From: Myxococcota bacterium
Lineage (GTDB): Bacteria > Myxococcota_A > UBA9160 > UBA6930
Reading direction: 5' to 3'
DNA length: 64,000 nucleotides
NCBI GenBank assembly: GCA_965223415.1
Contig: OZ245002.1
Coordinates: 2,176,001-2,240,000 of the forward strand
Part shown: positions 57,082 through 64,000 of the stretch, piece after piece
How positions within the stretch are numbered: position 1 is the stretch's first letter
Layout: each line of letters opens with the position of its first letter
Program-made: the position numbers and the translations under genes
Notes under the pieces: generated by a model
Told to the model about the DNA's origin: nothing
Database searches by the model: none
The model's input: only the letters and a program-made list of their open reading frames with translations

Positions 57082-58030
57082 GGTCGCGCCCCGCCAGCGC
57101 CAGGCTCCCCAGCACGAAGAGCCACAGCCCGGCGCCGACGCCGTACATGAGCGGCGTCGGCCAGAGGTCGTGCTTCGACGACCAGAAGGCCTCGATGATG
57201 GCCGCCACGAAGAGCATCGCCGTGCCGCCGTAGAGCAGTGGCAGGACGCCCCGGGCGGCGCTGCGCAGGGCGTGGCCGCGAAGCCTCCGGCCCGGGGCGG
57301 TGAGCGCGAGGCCCAGGCGCAGGCCGCACATGCCGCACACGATGATCGCCGTCAGCTCGAAAGAGCCGTGGCCGATCACGAAGGGCCAGAAGGTCTCGCC
57401 GTAGCCGATGTTCACGATGTGCCCGGCCACGCCGCCGAGCACCAGCCCGTTGAACACGACGAGGAAGATGCTCCCCAGGCCGAACAGGATGCCCCCTGCG
57501 AAGCAGCGGAAGCCGATGGAGACGTTGTTGGAGATGTAGTGGCCGAAGGCGGCGAGATCTCCGGAGGTGCCGCGGGGCGCGCCCATGTGGGGCGCTTCCG
57601 GGTCGTACATCTGCTCCATCTGCTGGGCCGCCTCCCCGCCGATCACCGAGTAGACGACGTCGGGCTGGGCCCGCACGACCGCATAGGTGACGGCGCCGGT
57701 CCCGTAGAAGAGCAGCGAGGTCACGAGCAGGAGCCGCCACTCGCGACGCAGGGCCACGGGAAAGGCGAGCAGGGCGTTGATCCAACGCCTCCCGCCCTGG
57801 GGCCGCACGCCGTAGAGGTGGCGGTGACCGCTCATGGCCGCCGCCTCCAGGCGCGAGACCAGGAGCGCGCCGAAGCCGCGCTCCCGGGCGAGGGCCAGAT
57901 CCTGGCAGATCGCCCGGTAGCTGCGCGGGAAGTCCGCCTCCGGAGCTGCGCCGTCCTCGAGGGCGCGGAGAGCGGCTTCGAAGGCGCGCCAACGCTCCTC
58001 CCGCTCGCGCCGGAAGGATTCCTGCCTCAC
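57071..58030 (-). CDS. SpoIIM/DUF95 family membrane protein
   Basis: YRAICQDLALAR, YISNNVSIGF, NGLVLG, HGSFELTAI, AAIIEAF. Confidence 0.88.
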   Translation of the reverse strand: MRQESFRREREERWRAFEAALRALEDGAAPEADFPRSYRAICQDLALARERGFGALLVSRLEAAAMSGHRHLYGVRPQGGRRWINALLAFPVALRREWRLLLVTSLLFYGTGAVTYAVVRAQPDVVYSVIGGEAAQQMEQMYDPEAPHMGAPRGTSGDLAAFGHYISNNVSIGFRCFAGGILFGLGSIFLVVFNGLVLGGVAGHIVNIGYGETFWPFVIGHGSFELTAIIVCGMCGLRLGLALTAPGRRLRGHALRSAARGVLPLLYGGTAMLFVAAIIEAFWSSKHDLWPTPLMYGVGAGLWLFVLGSLALAGRDRAR

Positions 58031-58743
58031 GAAGCGTCTCCGTCCCGCCCCAGCAGGTGGGCGGCGACGCCTTCCAACGCCTCGCGGGTGCCGCCGAGCG
58101 GGCCGGCGAGAGCGGCGAGTTCCTCCGCCCGCGCCTCGGTCAGGGTGGGCGCGCGCTCGGCGAACGCGAGCACCGCCCGCTGAGCCGCCGCGTCCAGGGG
58201 GATCGGCGGGGGGCGCGGCACGGCCTCCAGGTGGAGCCTGCCGTGCTCCCGCGTCTCCGGATCGTGGATCACCAGGGTTCCCGCAGCCAGGTCGCCCAGC
58301 CGGCGAGAGGATCCGTCGACCAACATGCTGACGATGCCGAAGAAGTAGGCACCCGGCAGGAAGTCCACGGCGAGGAGCAGGTTTCGCAGGAGGGAGGCGG
58401 GCAGACGGATCGGCGTGCCGTCCGCGTGCACGACGCGCAGGCCGAGCGCCGCCTTGCCGGGCGTGCGGCCGTTCCAGAGCACCTCGAAGGCCACCGGGTA
58501 GAACCAATTGGTCGCGAAGATCACCAGCAGGGTCGGCCCGATGCCCGCCTCTCCGAGCCAGAAGGCGAAGGCGATGCCCGCCACGGCGTAGATGAGGCTG
58601 GCGATGGAGATATCGACCATCAGGGCCAGCCCGCGTGACACCACGCCCGCGGTCGAGAGGGAGAGCTCGATTCCTTCCGGCGTCTCGACCCGGAAGCAAG
58701 TGTCGAGAGGAGCCCGCTCTCCTTCGGCGATCGGTTCGCTCAG
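58027..58743 (-). CDS. RDD family protein
   Basis: LDT..RVETPEGIEL, SRGLALMVD, GRTPGKAALGLRVV, RNLL..VD, RRLGDLAAGTLV; apparent CTG start. Confidence 0.88.
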   Translation of the reverse strand: MSEPIAEGERAPLDTCFRVETPEGIELSLSTAGVVSRGLALMVDISIASLIYAVAGIAFAFWLGEAGIGPTLLVIFATNWFYPVAFEVLWNGRTPGKAALGLRVVHADGTPIRLPASLLRNLLLAVDFLPGAYFFGIVSMLVDGSSRRLGDLAAGTLVIHDPETREHGRLHLEAVPRPPPIPLDAAAQRAVLAFAERAPTLTEARAEELAALAGPLGGTREALEGVAAHLLGRDGDAS

Positions 58744-59519
58744 TGGGCTCTCTCTGGCCGGCCCGCCATCTGGCGATAGGCGGAGACGAAGATCAGGTAG
58801 CCGATCATCGTCGTCGGGAGCATCAGCGCGATCGCGACCACGGCGCCGAAGAAGAGCGCCGCGGCCGATTCGCTGGCGAAGGCCGGGATGAAGACGAGGG
58901 CGGCGGGGAGGATCGCCGCGAGGTAGATGGCGCCCATCACGAGCACGAGCCCGATCATCTTCCACTTCACCGGGCCGGTCATCGTCCAGGAGCTGCCCAG
59001 GGCCTCCACCGGCTGCGCATCCTGCTCGACCCAGAGGAAGAACGCGAAGTAGAAGCGGATCATGATGAAGGTCCAGGCCAGGTTCACCAGGTAACCCACG
59101 CCGATGAGCACGGCGTTCTCGGTGAACGTGCCGATGAGGACGGGGATCTGTCCGACGTAGCCGAGGAGCGTCATCAGGAACATCAGGGCGAGGCCCTGGG
59201 CGAGCACCCGGCCCCAGCTCTGGAAGCCCGACCAGACGTCGTCGGTCGCCGCCTCGCCGTCGTGCACTCGGAGCAGGAAGCGGACGCCGCCGTACAGGAG
59301 CACGGGCCAGACCACGAAGATGCCGATGATCGTGATGCCCGAGAGCAGCAGGGCGAACCCGGCCATCACCATCACGCCCAGCCAGAGGGGGAAGCTCGCC
59401 CAGGTGGCCGCCCAGGCGTCCGAGAGGCATTGGCCGATCGAGAAGTCGCCACTCCCCTCCTGGGCCCAGACCGGTGCTTCGACCTCCGAGGTCGGCGGCG
59501 CGTACGGGTTCTCGGACAT
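58740..59519 (-). CDS. Hypothetical multi-pass membrane protein (N-terminal NPYAPP motif)
   Basis: MSENPYAPPTS..., several hydrophobic segments, EALGSSW, SAYRQM. Confidence 0.75.
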   Translation of the reverse strand: MSENPYAPPTSEVEAPVWAQEGSGDFSIGQCLSDAWAATWASFPLWLGVMVMAGFALLLSGITIIGIFVVWPVLLYGGVRFLLRVHDGEAATDDVWSGFQSWGRVLAQGLALMFLMTLLGYVGQIPVLIGTFTENAVLIGVGYLVNLAWTFIMIRFYFAFFLWVEQDAQPVEALGSSWTMTGPVKWKMIGLVLVMGAIYLAAILPAALVFIPAFASESAAALFFGAVVAIALMLPTTMIGYLIFVSAYRQMAGRPERAH

Positions 59520-59669
59520 GGCGGTCCCCCCTTCTGGGCAACGTAGCGGCCGGCGCTAGGCGGAAGTTTATTGACAAATATCATCCAGAACCGGCCGGGG
59601 CCTTTCGGAGGTTGGCGTCCCGCGGGTCCGGATGCTTGAATCAGGCCCGCTCGAGAAGAGAGGAGCCCC

Positions 59670-60485
59670 ATGGCGCTGGAGATCCTGCGGGACCCGAGGC
59701 TGGAACAGGTGGAGTGGAAGGATCTCTGCGATCTCGGACCGGTCGAGGTGGCCTACGAGGTGGCGATCTACGTGCCGTGGCTGCTGGCTTCGTGGGTGTT
59801 CGCCCACTGGGCGTTCTCCTGGCACCTGGCCTGGCTCCTCGCCGCCCTGGCGAGCTCGTTCATGTTCTTCCTGTGCGGTCTCCGCCAGGTGCACAACGCC
59901 TTCCACTACGCGGTGGGTGTCTCGCCCAAGGTCCATGAGTGGCTGATGTTCGTGCTGTCGCCGCTGATGATGAGCGCGATGCACGCCGTGCAGTGGAACC
60001 ACCTGCGCCACCACCGCCATTGCATGGACGACGAAGACGTCGAGGCGATGAGCGCGCGCATGCCCGGGTGGAAGGCGCTCGTCACCGGGCCCCAGTTCCC
60101 CGTGCGGCTGCACCACGCCGCCCTCACCATCGGCAAGCCGCGCATCAAGCGCTGGATCTGGCTCGAGCTTGCCGCGATCGCCGGCATGGTCGTCCTGGCT
60201 TTCGGCCTGCTGGACGCTGCCTGGCTCCGCTACCACGTGGTGGCGATGGTCGTGGGCCAGTGCTTCTCGGCGTTCTTCGCGGTGTGGACCGTGCACCACG
60301 ATTGCGACCGTACCCACTTCATCGCGCGCACCCTGCGCAACGAAGTCAAGTCCTTCGTCAGCTACAACATGTTCTACCACGTGGAGCACCACCTCTTCCC
60401 CGCCGTGCCCACCTGCCACCTGCCCGAGCTGTCGAAGCGGCTGGACGTCGTGGCGCCGGAGCTGCGCTCGAAGAACGTTTGGTGA
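59670..60485 (+). CDS. Fatty acid desaturase family protein
   Basis: His boxes HNAFH, HLRHHRH, VHH, YHVEHHLFP; GAGGAG RBS. Confidence 0.9.
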   Translation: MALEILRDPRLEQVEWKDLCDLGPVEVAYEVAIYVPWLLASWVFAHWAFSWHLAWLLAALASSFMFFLCGLRQVHNAFHYAVGVSPKVHEWLMFVLSPLMMSAMHAVQWNHLRHHRHCMDDEDVEAMSARMPGWKALVTGPQFPVRLHHAALTIGKPRIKRWIWLELAAIAGMVVLAFGLLDAAWLRYHVVAMVVGQCFSAFFAVWTVHHDCDRTHFIARTLRNEVKSFVSYNMFYHVEHHLFPAVPTCHLPELSKRLDVVAPELRSKNVW

Positions 60486-60492
60486 GCGCCGG

Positions 60493-61287
60493 GTGAGGCG
60501 GGTCGCGCTCGCCGCCATCGCATTGGCCGTGATCCTGGCCCTGCTGGGTCACGCCATCGACGGGATGCGGCCGCTGCGTCAGCTTCCGCTGTGGAGCGGG
60601 CTACACCTAGCTTCTCTGGGTGGCGCGCTCCTCGGGGCCGCTGCCCTGCGGCGGTTCGCGCCCGAGCCACCGAGCTGGCCGCTGCTCGGGCTCGGGGTCG
60701 CGCTCGCCTGGAGGCTCGCCTACTTCCCCGTGATGGTGTTCTCCGGCCATGTCGCGAGCATCGGCGAATGGCTGCTGCTCTCGCTCGGGCTGCCGGTCGT
60801 CGTCTATCCCACCTTCCTGCTCTCGGTGGCGGCGATCCACGCGGCTGCGGGTGCGGGCGCCGGGCTCGTGATGCGGCCGCCCCACCGCCTCGCGCGGCCG
60901 GCGCTGCTCGGCGCCTTCGCGGTGGCCGCGGCGGTCTCCTTCAACCGGCTCTCGGATCTCACCCTGCTTCCGGACCCGGTACGTCGCATCGACGGCCCGG
61001 TGCCGATGATGCGGGCCGAGAGGGGCAATCCCTACCTCCCGGCGCTCGTCGGCCCGGGGTACCTGCCGAACCAACGCGTCGTGCTCCTCGCGGCCGGTCT
61101 CACCTACGAGACGATTCCCCCCTCGCCCTGGGCCACCACGGTGAAGGCGGTGCTCGAGGGGCTCTTCGATACCAGGCCCTTCGGCTCCACGGCGGACCGG
61201 GTGCTCGAGCACTACCTCGCCTATCATGCCTCGCACGCCCAGATCGGCTGTCGCGATCTTGGCGACTGCCCGCCCGACGCGCCGTGA
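60493..61287 (+). CDS. Hypothetical membrane protein
   Basis: Several TM segments then a polar C-terminal domain ending CRDLGDCP; stop overlaps the next GTG. Confidence 0.65.
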   Translation: MRRVALAAIALAVILALLGHAIDGMRPLRQLPLWSGLHLASLGGALLGAAALRRFAPEPPSWPLLGLGVALAWRLAYFPVMVFSGHVASIGEWLLLSLGLPVVVYPTFLLSVAAIHAAAGAGAGLVMRPPHRLARPALLGAFAVAAAVSFNRLSDLTLLPDPVRRIDGPVPMMRAERGNPYLPALVGPGYLPNQRVVLLAAGLTYETIPPSPWATTVKAVLEGLFDTRPFGSTADRVLEHYLAYHASHAQIGCRDLGDCPPDAP

Positions 61288-62324
61288 GCAAGACGATCGT
61301 GGTGGTGGGCGCCACCGGCGAGATGGGCGCCCGGGTCGTGAGGCTCGTCCGTCGTCTCGCGCCGACGGCGCTTCTGATCGGCACGAATCGCAGCGGCCGC
61401 GGGCACGCTGAGCTGCCGATTCGTCCCCTCGACGTCGGCGACCGGGACGGGATGGCAGAGCTGCTCGAGACCGCGGACCTCGTCGTCAACGCGGTCGGGC
61501 CCTACACCTACGACCCGGCGCCGATCGTGAACGCGGCCATCTCTTCGCGGTGCCACTACGCGGATCTCGCGGAGCGTCTGTCCTTCATCGAACGGGTGCG
61601 GACGGTGGGGGACGCCCGGGCGGCGAAGGCCGGCGTGCTGCTCGTGCCCGGGTGCTCGACGCTGCCGGGCCTGGTCGAAGCACTGGCCCAGCGATGGCAC
61701 GCGGACGCGGCGGTGGCGGGGCTGCGGGTGTTCCTCTCGATGGGCTCCCGGAACCCGGTGAGCCGGGCGCTGCTCGCGAGCCTCCTGCTGCCGATCGGGC
61801 GCGAGGGCGGGCCGGGCCGCTGGTACGGGAAGCTCGTGTCCCACGTGGCGCGGGACGGCCGGGAGCTCGTCTTCGGCAGCTACCCGGCGCCCTTCTCCCG
61901 CTCCCAGCTGCGCATCGGCCAACGGGGCGTGCCGATCCGCTTCCACATGGGCTTCGATCGCGCCTGGCTGAATCGCGCGCTCGTCCTGGGCGCCCCCGTG
62001 CTCGGGCGGCTCGGCCCCCGCTGGGTGGAGCGGCTCGCCGGTGTGGCCCTGCCCCTCGCCCGCCTGGCGCGCCGCTTCGGCACCGACCGCGGCGTGCTCA
62101 GCATCGTCGCCGAAGACGCCGCGGGCGCCGAGCTCGCTCGCACCGAGGTGCTCGCCGAGCAGGCCGGCCTCGACATTCCGGCCCTCCCCGCCGCCTGGCT
62201 CGCCCAGGCCCTCGTCCGCGAAGGCTGGGCCGCCGCCCCCGGCGCCCGCACCCTCTCCCGCGTCCTCAGCGCCAACGAAGCCGCCACCCACCTCACCGAC
62301 GCCGGCTACACCGTGTTAAGTTAG
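61284..62324 (+). CDS. Saccharopine dehydrogenase-like NAD(P)-binding oxidoreductase
   Basis: VVGATGEMG, VNAVGPY, HYADL, GCSTLPGL. Confidence 0.82.
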   Translation: MSKTIVVVGATGEMGARVVRLVRRLAPTALLIGTNRSGRGHAELPIRPLDVGDRDGMAELLETADLVVNAVGPYTYDPAPIVNAAISSRCHYADLAERLSFIERVRTVGDARAAKAGVLLVPGCSTLPGLVEALAQRWHADAAVAGLRVFLSMGSRNPVSRALLASLLLPIGREGGPGRWYGKLVSHVARDGRELVFGSYPAPFSRSQLRIGQRGVPIRFHMGFDRAWLNRALVLGAPVLGRLGPRWVERLAGVALPLARLARRFGTDRGVLSIVAEDAAGAELARTEVLAEQAGLDIPALPAAWLAQALVREGWAAAPGARTLSRVLSANEAATHLTDAGYTVLS

Positions 62325-62385
62325 GGGCCGGTTCCGATTGTCAAGTTGTCACAACTTGACAATCGGAACCGGCCCCTAACTTAAC
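62315..62385. repeat. Perfect palindrome, 35-bp arms, 1-nt centre, GGGGCCGGTTCC core
   Basis: GTTAAGTTAGGGGCCGGTTCCGATTGTCAAGTTGT-C-reverse complement; supplies the TAG stop of the upstream + strand gene. Confidence 0.93.
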
Positions 62386-62386
62386 G

Positions 62387-63445
62387 TCAGCCGAGTTCGA
62401 TGGTGCCGGTTTCGTCGTCTTCCATGGCTTCGAGGACGGTGGTGTCGTCGTAGATGCGGATGCCTTCGGCGGCGAACTTCTCGCGGGTGCGGTCGGTGAT
62501 GGCGCCGACGCGGGCGAGGGCGGGCATCATCAGGTCCTTGAAGGCGTGGACCGTGCCGGGGGGCTGGTCGAACTCGATGCCCTGCTCGCGGGCCTCCTTC
62601 ATGCCGGCTAGGAAGTCGGCCGGGTCGATCTCGCTGTTCTCGAGCACGAGCCGGAAGGTCGGGTCCGGCGCCGGCGGCCGGCCCTTCCGGCGGCCGGTCG
62701 ACGCGACCATCATCATCAGGGCGTCGTAGGCGAACTCGGCCACGTCCTCGCGATCGTCCGGGTGCATCTTCTTGAGGGTCTCGCCCACGTAGACGTTCCC
62801 GAACGCGACGTGCCGGCTCTCGTCCCGCAGCACGCCCTCGATCAGGCTGCGGAGCAGCTCGCAGGACGTCGCGCGCCGCATGTTGTGGAAGGCGCCGAGC
62901 GCCAGCCCCTCCACGATCATGTTCATCCCGATGGCGATCTTCACCCAGTGCTCGCTCTTGAGCGTCGCGTCGATCAGCTCGCGAAGGAAGGGAGACATGG
63001 GGTAGACGAGCGCGAGCTTGCGCACGTAGCGCTCGAACACCTCGACGTGCCGCGCCTCGTCCATCGTCTGGGTCGCGGCGTAGAGCTTGCCCTCGTAGTC
63101 AGGCACCGCGTGGGTGAGCGTGGCGGCCGTCATCAGCGCACCCTGCTCGCCGTGGAGGAACTGGGAGAGGCGCTGGGCGCCCACATGGGCCCGGAACGTC
63201 TCCTGCTGGCTCTTCGAGAGCCGCTTCACGAAGGGAATCTCGGCGAGCCCGAAGCGATCGTCGTCGATGATCGGCCTGGACGGGTCGACGGGGAGCGACC
63301 AATCGAGGTCCACCTCGCCGTCCCACTGCAGCCTCTTCGACTTCGAGTAGAGGTTGCGCAGGGTGTCGATGTCCATCTCGTAGTCGAACTGCCAGGCGAT
63401 CTCCATCGCTGTCTGGTACGTCTCGACGTGCTTCGGTCCGCTCAT
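62387..63445 (-). CDS. Ferritin-like diiron protein (paralog of 35396..36532)
   Basis: LSQFLHGEQGAL, DEARHVE, MIVEGLAL, RDESRHVAFG; GGAGAG RBS. Confidence 0.85.
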   Translation of the reverse strand: MSGPKHVETYQTAMEIAWQFDYEMDIDTLRNLYSKSKRLQWDGEVDLDWSLPVDPSRPIIDDDRFGLAEIPFVKRLSKSQQETFRAHVGAQRLSQFLHGEQGALMTAATLTHAVPDYEGKLYAATQTMDEARHVEVFERYVRKLALVYPMSPFLRELIDATLKSEHWVKIAIGMNMIVEGLALGAFHNMRRATSCELLRSLIEGVLRDESRHVAFGNVYVGETLKKMHPDDREDVAEFAYDALMMMVASTGRRKGRPPAPDPTFRLVLENSEIDPADFLAGMKEAREQGIEFDQPPGTVHAFKDLMMPALARVGAITDRTREKFAAEGIRIYDDTTVLEAMEDDETGTIELG

Positions 63446-63932
63446 CGTCTCGCTCTCCCGCTTCGGGCGGCGGAAGCGCCCGCGCATCTTCGCCGACGGC
63501 GTCCTGGACGGCGTCGAGCCCCCGGTCGATGGCTTCCTTCACCTGGGCGGTCACCCCGCCGCGGCGGTACTCGTCGACCAGCACGCGCTCGATGCGATCG
63601 AACACGTCGTCGGCTCGCAGCGTCTCCTCCCCCGGCTCGTCGGGGGCAGGCTCGGTGGCGAGCCCTCGCCGCCCGCGGGCCCGGCGGCCGAAGAGGTCGA
63701 CGAAGTCGTCGAACTCGTCGCCGATCTTGAGGATCTCGTGGAAGTAGCGCTCCGGCCGCGACGGTGAGAGCAGGAGGCCCGCCGCACCGGCAAGAAGGGC
63801 GGCGGGGATCAGCGCGATGTCCCGCAGCGCCTCCAGGCTCGCCTTGGCGACGAAGACCAGGAGGTCACGGATCAGCTTCCAGCGCATTGCGCGCGGGTCG
63901 CCCTGGGGCTCTTCCGGAAGGGGGGCGGACAT
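63099..63932 (-). CDS. Conserved hypothetical protein; plausible domain ends ~63450, frame reads on into the ferritin gene
   Basis: MSAPLPEEPQGDPRAMRWKLIRDLLVF...LRDIALIP...EYRRGGVTAQVKEAID. Confidence 0.65.
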   Translation of the reverse strand: MSAPLPEEPQGDPRAMRWKLIRDLLVFVAKASLEALRDIALIPAALLAGAAGLLLSPSRPERYFHEILKIGDEFDDFVDLFGRRARGRRGLATEPAPDEPGEETLRADDVFDRIERVLVDEYRRGGVTAQVKEAIDRGLDAVQDAVGEDARALPPPEAGERDDERTEARRDVPDSDGDRLAVRLRDGHRHPAQPLLEVEEAAVGRRGGPRLVAPRRPVQADHRRRSLRARRDSLREAALEEPAGDVPGPCGRPAPLPVPPRRAGCADDGRHAHPRGA

Positions 63933-63984
63933 GCCACCGGAGAGTCTACCATCGGGCCTTCCCCCTTCGCCGAAGGAGCCCCCC

Positions 63985-64000
63985 ATGCCCAAGAAGGCCC
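63985..64000 (+). CDS. Start of a gene truncated by the window edge
   Basis: AAGGAG RBS then ATG CCC AAG AAG GCC. Confidence 0.4.

Noticed and set aside
57071..58030. SpoIIM homolog as evidence for sporulation
   Set aside because: This DUF95-type family is common in non-sporulating bacteria within MoxR operons.
59571..59576. Perfect TTGACA -35 hexamer upstream of the desaturase
   Set aside because: No TANNNT at a 16-18 bp spacing, so a promoter cannot be supported from sequence alone.

Overview
High-GC (roughly 70% by eye) bacterial chromosome segment. It has Gram-negative-type RND efflux genes together with an actinobacterial-style steroid/lipid catabolic gene set; a Myxococcota/Deltaproteobacteria-like lineage is my inference, not shown directly. 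0-30 kb is a dense steroid/lipid oxidation region: NTF2/ketosteroid-isomerase-like proteins, OYE/FadH-type reductase, 3-ketosteroid delta4-dehydrogenase-like flavoprotein, acyl-CoA ligase, two P450s (one a CYP51-ferredoxin fusion), several SDRs, ALDH, Rieske oxygenase, frameshifted sterol-desaturase-family gene, PhyH dioxygenase, RND pump and TetR regulators. 30-52 kb is mostly housekeeping and miscellaneous: hydrolases, LOG, HAD, diiron ferritin-like protein, ino1, mfd, GT4/GT2/phosphodiesterase, IDH, stand-alone rplC-rlmE, rimO, DUF3179, epoxide hydrolase. 52-64 kb holds a MoxR/DUF58/SpoIIM/RDD operon, a desaturase operon and a second diiron ferritin-like gene. I saw no rRNA, tRNA, CRISPR array or transposase. 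The most unusual non-genic signal is a family of 35-41 bp-arm near-perfect palindromes (plus solo arms) with a GGGG-led core at gene 3' ends. One supplies an identical C-terminus (MKKWGQS*) to two convergent genes, and they appear to sit at local switches in third-codon-position C/G skew. Many genes also look leaderless (TANNNT 6-7 nt before the start codon). All calls come from motif recognition, without database searches.
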